Below are positions 7,482 through 13,351 of a stretch of 13,351 nt of DNA, in pieces; position 1 is the stretch's first letter; every line of letters begins with the position of its first letter. Position numbers and translations under genes: made by a program. Under the pieces are notes generated by a model. It was not told the origin of the DNA. It saw nothing but the letters and a program-made list of their open reading frames with translations, and ran no database searches. The stretch covers positions 1 through 13,351 of the forward strand of contig JBDGRE010000007.1 in assembly GCA_042218325.1 (NCBI GenBank). Reading direction: 5' to 3'. This stretch comes from Candidatus Nanohaloarchaea archaeon (GTDB lineage Archaea > Nanohalarchaeota > Nanosalinia > Nanosalinales > Nanosalinaceae).

Positions 7482-7895
7482 TCAAGCGATATTTTCGCCT
7501 GCCGAGTATGAAAGTATGGCCTGAATCGAGCTACCGCCAGTTGGTATAACACCACCGTTTTTCTTCAGAGACCCATTACTTCCGCCACTATCCCCTGAAC
7601 CAGCCCAACCACTAGCAATCGCACTTGTGGCAACTGCGTGTCTCTGTCCTTTCTGGTTAATTGTGAATCCTCTTGTAGCTATCGTTGTCTCCGTGGAAAC
7701 CCTGATTGTCACCCCAAGTTGCTCGCTTCCTGTCCGTCGACTCTGTCGGCGTCCAGTCCGCCCGCGTCCAATCCAAGCATTTCATAAACGACCGTATCAA
7801 CTATCTTAGAAATTCCGGACCTTAGCTCCTCGATACGCTCCTGCTTGTCTATCTTGACCTCAAGCTTCTAGAACCTGCTCTTCAGAATCCGGCAT
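7482..7895 (-). pseudogene. Decayed Tat-motif fibre-like paralog B
   Basis: MPDSEEQV / KLEVKIDKQERIEEL / RSFMK+MLGLDAGGL-DADRVDGQEASNLG / VTIRVSTETTIA... pieces lie in shifting frames and match paralog C motifs (MPEESDE, RSFLKMLGLGAGGL, GLDADTVDGKEASSL). Confidence 0.75.
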
Positions 7896-8234
7896 CTAAA
7901 ATCTGGAATTGGTTTCTCTGCAGCGAATAAAAACTTGGCTCAGACGAATTTCAGATTGAGAAATAACAATCTTTGGCCGGCCTTTTTTCCTCAACCCATC
8001 ATTGACTTGAGGTAGCTGCCCGTCAGCTCGAGCAGCCTCTTCAGCTCGATAATACCGGCCAAAAATAGGGTATTAAATGAATAACGCTTCAGGAGGACTA
8101 ACTAATCCTCATCAGCTGTTAATGCTATACAAATTTTCCAATAGAATAGGCGCTTAGCACAGAATTTTGAGGCTTGATAAAACAACAAATAATTACATTT
8201 ACTACAAGCACCAATTAAAAGACTCCATCGGCAT

Positions 8235-9392
8235 CTAAATAATCCGATTCTGGCCTATCTTTATTGTGCCGCTAACTGGTCCCCCAGGGTTATTATCGAT
8301 CACCTTTACACTGCTATTGAAATAAGCAGTTGCGTAATCGAAAGCTACCGAATTACTTGAGCTAGCGTGTATTTTCCAAGTTATCGTCGCGCTTGTGAGG
8401 GAAGGCACATTATTATCAGTTACTTTGCCCAAAGTGCCGCGAGGAGCTATGCTGCCGCTGCCGACTAGATTACCGTTATAATAGAAATATCCTCTGGCAG
8501 ACCCACTGAAAGTTATACCGATGTTGCCGCCAATATAACCGCTCATATTTTTAATTACCCTTGTTGTTGTGGTAGTTCCCGTAAAACCATCAGTGGAAGG
8601 ACCGACATAACCGAAATCTTCCGTGAACTTCATGGTTGTAGTAGTAGTAGTAGGAGATGCTCCTGGTTCGATTTTGAATGTTTCAGCAGGGTTGGGAGTA
8701 GCTATACTTTTCGCAGTAAGGGAGATGAGACTGTTAGAAGTGGACGTGCCCACCAAGCTTCCATTTCTGTACCATACTCCTTTAGCAGTACCGCTATTGA
8801 CCGAAAACCTCGCTCTATCGAAAATAACATCATTGAGATTAGTTGTGAAAGTATAGGTTTTACCTGTTGAAATCACCTTCGAAGCTACATCAGTAAAGAC
8901 AACCTGGCCGTTCGCATCCCTCTTAACTTTGGCTCTTTCCAAACTACTAGCCTCTTTACCATCAACTGTATCAGCATCAAGTCCAGCGGTCTGAACCACA
9001 CTCGAAGGTATGTGGCCAGCGCTCGTATCCCAGACAGTCGTCCCGCTATCCACGATGTCGTGGCCGTTGATATCGTTCCCGTTGGAAAGCACGTCGCTGA
9101 GTGTCCCGGTTCCGCCGCCTCCGCTTGAGGATGCCAGCGGGATGAAACTGGAGACCGGTGAGGCGAGAGCGAGACCTCCGGCACCGAGACCGAGCATCTT
9201 GAGGAAGCTGCGGCGGTCGAGAGAACCATCGGAATCGTCTCCCTCGGTCTCGGACAGCTCCTGTAGCTTCTCCTCTATCTTCCGCGAGATGTAGTCGTCG
9301 CCAGTGTCTTCACCGGACAGCTTCTCGTGGAGCTTCTCCTCGACCTTCTGGTCGACTATCTCCTCGATTTTTTCGTCGGATTCCTCTGGCAT
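8235..9392 (-). CDS. Tat-motif fibre/adhesin-like surface protein paralog C (intact, 385 aa)
   Basis: Acidic N-terminal ~58 aa, RRSFLK + hydrophobic stretch, GLDADTVDG motif (common in viral tail fibres), T/S/G/N-rich beta-type C-terminus. Start set at MPEE (ATG 9392) by homology with paralog A. Confidence 0.8.
   Translation of the reverse strand: MPEESDEKIEEIVDQKVEEKLHEKLSGEDTGDDYISRKIEEKLQELSETEGDDSDGSLDRRSFLKMLGLGAGGLALASPVSSFIPLASSSGGGGTGTLSDVLSNGNDINGHDIVDSGTTVWDTSAGHIPSSVVQTAGLDADTVDGKEASSLERAKVKRDANGQVVFTDVASKVISTGKTYTFTTNLNDVIFDRARFSVNSGTAKGVWYRNGSLVGTSTSNSLISLTAKSIATPNPAETFKIEPGASPTTTTTTMKFTEDFGYVGPSTDGFTGTTTTTRVIKNMSGYIGGNIGITFSGSARGYFYYNGNLVGSGSIAPRGTLGKVTDNNVPSLTSATITWKIHASSSNSVAFDYATAYFNSSVKVIDNNPGGPVSGTIKIGQNRII
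9028..9374. repeat. 347-bp direct repeat, copy 2
   Basis: Identical by eye to 4626-4972. Confidence 0.95.
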
Positions 9393-9609
9393 GTAAACTA
9401 TCCATAAGTTGGTCGCGCTCACTTAAGAAGCTCCCGGGGACTTCAGTGATCGCTTCATGCCAGTACGCTCAGGCCCTGTATCCCTCCGAAGTTCCGGTCG
9501 ACAAGACATCGCCAGATCACGTTATGAGGGCGCCGTAAAACACCAAATATATCCATAAATAGGCGAATCTTGGAAAAATTACTTAAATTTTGGAGTTAAA
9601 CCAGATTAC

Positions 9610-9783
9610 ATGCCGATAGAAGCCGAAGACGGAAGGGTATACATCCCGAAGGACCTGCGGGATAGAATGGGTTCGAGGTTTGAGCTGATAGACAGGGATG
9701 ACACGCAGACAGTTCCTCAAAACAACAGGCCTTGGAGCCGCCGCAATAGGAGTTCTCGCAGGAACACCGGCCTCCGCACTTAA
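9610..9783 (+). pseudogene. Truncated AbrB/MazE-type antitoxin-like gene reading out of frame into the next gene
   Basis: MPIEAEDGRVYIPKDLRDRMGSRFELIDRDD (GRVYIPKDLR AbrB motif), then Arg-rich out-of-frame sequence. TATA-like ACTTAAAT at 9581-9588. Confidence 0.65.
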
Positions 9784-9970
9784 CATCCGGGACAGTGAAG
9801 GCCTCAAGGTCTTCAGCGACGGCACAGAAAGAATGAGTTCCGCGGCCGGCCAGCCCTTCAAGATAAATGCCTCAAATCTCCATGTCCTGGATGGGGATAT
9901 AGAGGTAGGTCACAACTCAGGCGGCGATATAAGAATCACAGGTTCCCTGACAGAAGGAGCAAGTCTGTGA
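9698..9970 (+). CDS. Small Tat-signal secreted protein (90 aa)
   Basis: MTRRQFLK + hydrophobic region + ASA cleavage site, followed by a beta-rich mature part. Confidence 0.75.
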   Translation: MTRRQFLKTTGLGAAAIGVLAGTPASALNIRDSEGLKVFSDGTERMSSAAGQPFKINASNLHVLDGDIEVGHNSGGDIRITGSLTEGASL

Positions 9971-9986
9971 TCTGTTTCTGCTTGTC

Positions 9987-10082
9987 CTAGCCTTCAACAT
10001 GGTACCATTTTCCAGGTATTGTGTGGACTGAGGAGTTGCTGGGTGTTTGCCAGCCGACTGCTAAGCCGTCTCCTCCGCTTCC
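9987..10082 (-). pseudogene. Remnant resembling the C-terminus of a PA14 carbohydrate-binding domain
   Basis: GSGGDGLAVGWQTPSNSSVHTIPGKWYHVEG* with no start codon; resembles the GGGDxLxVxWxxP...IP end of PA14 domains. Confidence 0.45.
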
Positions 10083-10195
10083 TCACGCAAATTCCCCTCC
10101 TTGTCGCTCCACTTCTCCTTAACCTCATCAACGAAGTCCTTCGGAGAGCCAAGTTCGTTATCTTCCAGACCTAGACCTGATAAACTCAAACTCAT
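10061..10195 (-). CDS. Short acidic ORF or gene fragment (44 aa)
   Basis: MSLSLSGLGLEDNELGSPKDFVDEVKEKWSDKEGNLREEAEETA has halophile-like composition. It is below the ORF-track cutoff. Confidence 0.35.
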   Translation of the reverse strand: MSLSLSGLGLEDNELGSPKDFVDEVKEKWSDKEGNLREEAEETA

Positions 10196-10239
10196 AATGA
10201 TAAAGGCTAGTGAATACTCACTTCACACCAACCACAACC

Positions 10240-10246
10240 AAAAAAA
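10240..10246 (-). terminator. Possible oligo-T terminator downstream of the adhesin gene
   Basis: T7 run on the minus strand within a G/T-skewed tract that has further T5 runs. Confidence 0.3.
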
Positions 10247-10314
10247 GGCAATCCTCCCATCTCCAAAAAGTTAAAAACCCCTTCCTCCTGATAAAACCAC
10301 TCCAACCCGCCAAC

Positions 10315-10407
10315 TCACCCCACAACCTTTACCTTATCGAAAAACATAGTCAACGAAACACTGTTATGGTTATCATGGCTGACCTGATACAGTAGGAATA
10401 AGCTCCT
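10315..10407 (-). pseudogene. Orphan C-terminal lectin-like strands in frame behind the adhesin stop
   Basis: After TGA TAA the same frame reads RSLFLLYQVSHDNHNSVSLTMFFDKVKVVG*, similar to the internal domain end SVSRRMFFDVQKLVAG. Confidence 0.4.
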
Positions 10408-10410
10408 TTA

Positions 10411-13272
10411 TCACTGATTCAGACTTTTCATATCAAATTGATACACAAGATTATTTTGATTCGATCCTACCTGATGTCTCCCAACAATTACCTCATAGGC
10501 AGGATTATTGTAATTGCTGCTTGTATAGGTATATGCGCCGTTATCAATATTTACTTTCCAAGCTGAACCTGTCCAGCTTAACTTTATAGTATGAGTTCCC
10601 GACGATGCATCAATACCCGAATCATGGTAAGCACTCTGGTAGTCCCTCCAACCAGGATTACAAACTCCCGCATCATACACTGCAAATCTTTGAGTCCCAT
10701 ACTGGAAACCAACATTCATGATCTCACACCCACTCGAGTCCTGCAACTTGATTAAATTCCAGTGGCGATCCGATTGAGTAGAACCAGACCCCGAAACTGA
10801 ATCCATCGAATACTCAAACTCGAAGGTCCTCTGGGTTCCAGAACTGTATGAGAAATTTACTCCAGCATGATCAGGTATACTGTTATCCATAACGATATCG
10901 TACATCTCCCCTTTCGACTCATCTATAGACACCGACTCAGGGGTATTATCCACACTGTAGGAATCAGAGGTCGTGAATATATTCAAAACAGTATCAGAAG
11001 AAGTCTTCCTCTCATTCCCGTTCGCATCAATATAGTGAAGCATACTGTTCTCAATCCAGACGTTTCCTGGTGAAGCACCATTACTAACAGAACTTGCTAT
11101 ACCCTTAATCCAAATTTGATGAAGCGTGTCATAATTATCGCTGTCAGGGTAATCGTCACATTCCCACCTTGAACCACTTCCCCCTGGCTCTCCTATTGAC
11201 CAGTGATAGTTTGCACTATTATACATAGGGAATCTTGGCCCAAATAATGCAGGACTTGGTTCGGTTTCTCCTGTGTCTGCTCCTGCAGCATCTGGGAGAT
11301 TGCCGGAATGCTCGGGTAGCTTGGAGGAATCATTAGCTACTGAAACATACGAAACAGTTGTTGAATCGTCCAGAACCCCTTGAATGGCGTCAGGATCTTT
11401 ATTTATATAATGAACAACTCGGTTATGGTTGCTTGTTTCACATCTGAATCTTAAGGCCTTAATATTGTTTTGCGAGTAACCAAATCTGGATAAATCATCT
11501 TGGTGTGATAGCGCTCCATGACTTAGAGGCCATTGGTCTTCGGTAGGAGCTGGATCTGTATTCGCCTCGTGATCATAATTATAGATCAGAGTCCAACCAC
11601 TTCCCGATACTCCCATATCACAGTAGACCTTTTGAATTTCTGACTCATCGTTATTTGGATCAACGAAGTAAGTTCCATCTTTCGCAGAAGGTATATTTTG
11701 ATAAATCTGGTTACAGCTCAATGCAGGATTCTCCTGAGAACCAAGTTCCGGCTCCCCGACTAAAGCCCTCTCGTAACCGTTCTGGTCAATCCAGTGCATC
11801 GCCGAGCCTTCTATCCACCACGCACCGGTCGGCCCACCCGTCTTCGAACCCGCTCCCTGGTACAGTTGCTGGACTTCCTGCTGGGACAAGGCGCGGCTGT
11901 AGACACGGACCTCGTCTATTTTGCCTGCGAAATAATCTGGACCTCCGCCCCATCTTCCCAAATTCGTAGACCCTATCTTAGTATTCAAAGATCTCGACTT
12001 AGACTTAATGAGAGAACCATCATAGTATATCCTAAAGGTGCTCCCATTATAGGTGTAAGTTTGGTGGTGCCATCCGGTATAGGAGCCAGAAATACAGTAA
12101 TCTATATCAGCACTCCCCCATAATTGAGCTCTCCAGCAACCCGATCCAGCCCCCTCCCTCAAGGTCATAGCAAAATCTTCGCCGTCAGTTCCAGTTTTAC
12201 CTAGTGTGATTATACTGCCTCGGCTATCAGAATTCGCCTCATCAACCTTGTACCAAGCTGTAACTGTTCTAGCCTTACTCCCTGTGACAGCAGCACTATC
12301 CGGAATGTCCACATAATCATTACCGTCAAAGCTCAACGCATCATCAAACTTTCCCGTGGTCCAGGAGGGGTCGCTGGTTTCCGACGATGTTGATCCTCCC
12401 CTAGTTCCATCATTATTCCAGCCTGAATCATCAACTACAGTCTGTCCAGATCCGGAATCAAGATGGAAGTTGGCTCTAACACTTCCCGCAACAAGCTTTT
12501 GGACATCGAAAAACATTCTGCGCGATACACTACCTTTAGAATTTACGTTTGCACCAACTCCAATCCCACCTGAAGACATTATATTCGAGTCCGTGAAAGA
12601 CGTTTCGAGAGTCCAACTGGAGCTGCCAGGTTCCTTCGTATAAAAACTATGAGTATCTCCCGATACCACAATCTTCCAATCGCACCATTCTCCGTTAACC
12701 CCTGAACAGCCTGAAAAAGAACCAGAATCGATATTAGTCTTGGTGCCGCCTGAAAAATAGGAAATAGCCCAGCTTCCTCCGCCACCACCGCTACGGATAT
12801 AATAATAATTACCGGTATCCTGTCTTCTGTAAACTATCCCTCCATCAGCGTAATTTTCCCCGCTTGGCTTCTTAAAGGAGCCTGAATACACGAAGTTTTT
12901 GACAAACACTCTTTTTTCCAAAGTTATAATGGCTTCTTCACTCACTGAATTAGCATCTATATCAACCACATTTCCTGTAGTTCCATCAGGCTGGGTCACA
13001 CTGTTTATAGATGCAGAACCAACACCATTGTGCGACCACGAAGGATCTTGTGAATAATCTCCATCACTGAACCTATCAGATACAACAGAATTCGATAAAG
13101 ATTTGGATAACCAGTACTCCGTACTTCCATCCGCCCAGTGGAGGCTTGAGCCTTCGATCCAAAGAGAGCCTTGAGGGGCAGCTGAGTTAGAAGTAGAACT
13201 GAGTGAAAAAGCTGCAGCAGAGACAAACAGTATTAGAGCCAGTAAAAAGAAGGACTTATGTCTAGTACGCAT
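10411..13272 (-). CDS. Large secreted mosaic adhesin: ConA-like domain, LamG-like jellyroll, fibrinogen-like (YCDM) domain, C-terminal ConA-like domain (953 aa)
   Basis: Signal peptide MRTRHKSFFLLALILFVSAAAFS. LamG motifs ALSFDGNDYV, WHHQTYTYNG, FAGKIDEVRVYSRALS. Fibrinogen-like SCNQI...DGTYFVDP...VYCDM...GWTL. Three W-I-E repeats. Confidence 0.88.
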   Translation of the reverse strand: MRTRHKSFFLLALILFVSAAAFSLSSTSNSAAPQGSLWIEGSSLHWADGSTEYWLSKSLSNSVVSDRFSDGDYSQDPSWSHNGVGSASINSVTQPDGTTGNVVDIDANSVSEEAIITLEKRVFVKNFVYSGSFKKPSGENYADGGIVYRRQDTGNYYYIRSGGGGGSWAISYFSGGTKTNIDSGSFSGCSGVNGEWCDWKIVVSGDTHSFYTKEPGSSSWTLETSFTDSNIMSSGGIGVGANVNSKGSVSRRMFFDVQKLVAGSVRANFHLDSGSGQTVVDDSGWNNDGTRGGSTSSETSDPSWTTGKFDDALSFDGNDYVDIPDSAAVTGSKARTVTAWYKVDEANSDSRGSIITLGKTGTDGEDFAMTLREGAGSGCWRAQLWGSADIDYCISGSYTGWHHQTYTYNGSTFRIYYDGSLIKSKSRSLNTKIGSTNLGRWGGGPDYFAGKIDEVRVYSRALSQQEVQQLYQGAGSKTGGPTGAWWIEGSAMHWIDQNGYERALVGEPELGSQENPALSCNQIYQNIPSAKDGTYFVDPNNDESEIQKVYCDMGVSGSGWTLIYNYDHEANTDPAPTEDQWPLSHGALSHQDDLSRFGYSQNNIKALRFRCETSNHNRVVHYINKDPDAIQGVLDDSTTVSYVSVANDSSKLPEHSGNLPDAAGADTGETEPSPALFGPRFPMYNSANYHWSIGEPGGSGSRWECDDYPDSDNYDTLHQIWIKGIASSVSNGASPGNVWIENSMLHYIDANGNERKTSSDTVLNIFTTSDSYSVDNTPESVSIDESKGEMYDIVMDNSIPDHAGVNFSYSSGTQRTFEFEYSMDSVSGSGSTQSDRHWNLIKLQDSSGCEIMNVGFQYGTQRFAVYDAGVCNPGWRDYQSAYHDSGIDASSGTHTIKLSWTGSAWKVNIDNGAYTYTSSNYNNPAYEVIVGRHQVGSNQNNLVYQFDMKSLNQ

Positions 13273-13351
13273 CTGTTCCCACCGGTATTTGGAAGCTTTG
13301 AGTTGCGTTGGCGTTTCTAATCTCATTCCCGTTCATATCAAGGTCTCCGCC
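13262..13351 (-). CDS. 3' end of an upstream fibre-like gene (partial)
   Basis: GGDLDMNGNEIRNANATQSFQIPVGTDAY*. DLDMNGNEI resembles NLDMAANYI of paralog A. It overlaps the adhesin start by 11 nt. Confidence 0.7.
   Translation of the reverse strand, partial: GGDLDMNGNEIRNANATQSFQIPVGTDAY

Noticed and set aside
7991-8095. Start-less minus-strand frame ...IIELKRLLELTGSYLKSMMG* and a TCAGCTCGA duplication
   Set aside because: Too short, with no start and no recognisable family.
4626-9374. 347-bp repeat pair as a DGR template/variable repeat or as IS copies
   Set aside because: There are no adenine-specific mismatches, no reverse transcriptase and no terminal inverted repeats. The repeat encodes the constant N-terminus.
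10210-10395. 61-aa plus-strand ORF
   Set aside because: It results from a G-poor skewed tract and has implausible composition.
10867-13226. Short ORFs inside the adhesin gene, and the 18-aa extension to 13326
   Set aside because: They are shadow frames. The extension overlaps the upstream gene and precedes a clean signal peptide at 13272.

Overview
This is an accessory region of a halophilic archaeon. The evidence is very acidic proteins, TATA promoters with mostly leaderless starts, and GGTGA Shine-Dalgarno sites. Frequent ATA/AGA codons and the surface-protein content suggest Nanohaloarchaeota, which is inference only. The AT-richer left block (1 to ~4471) holds an IS5/IS4-like DDE transposase missing from the ORF track, directly abutting a DEDDy 3'-5' exonuclease gene. 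It also holds a divergent AbrB + winged-helix pair, a divergent SAM methyltransferase / geranylgeranyl reductase pair and a small ORF. It ends in four phased TTGTGCRRA repeats just where a neighbouring gene is broken, so the block may be one cargo-carrying transposon. The middle (~4472-9400) holds three paralogous twin-arginine, fibre-like surface genes with a constant N-terminus and variable C-terminus: one truncated, one decayed, one intact. Two of them share a 347-bp identical repeat that brackets a GC-rich operon (alkaline-phosphatase-superfamily enzyme with a probable CTG start + CysD/PAPS-reductase-family protein with a Zn ribbon). The right part holds gene debris, a small Tat protein, a 953-aa mosaic lectin/LamG/fibrinogen-like adhesin built on three WIE repeats, and the 3' end of another fibre-like gene. 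No rRNA, tRNA or CRISPR array was seen. All family calls come from motif recognition by eye; no searches were run.
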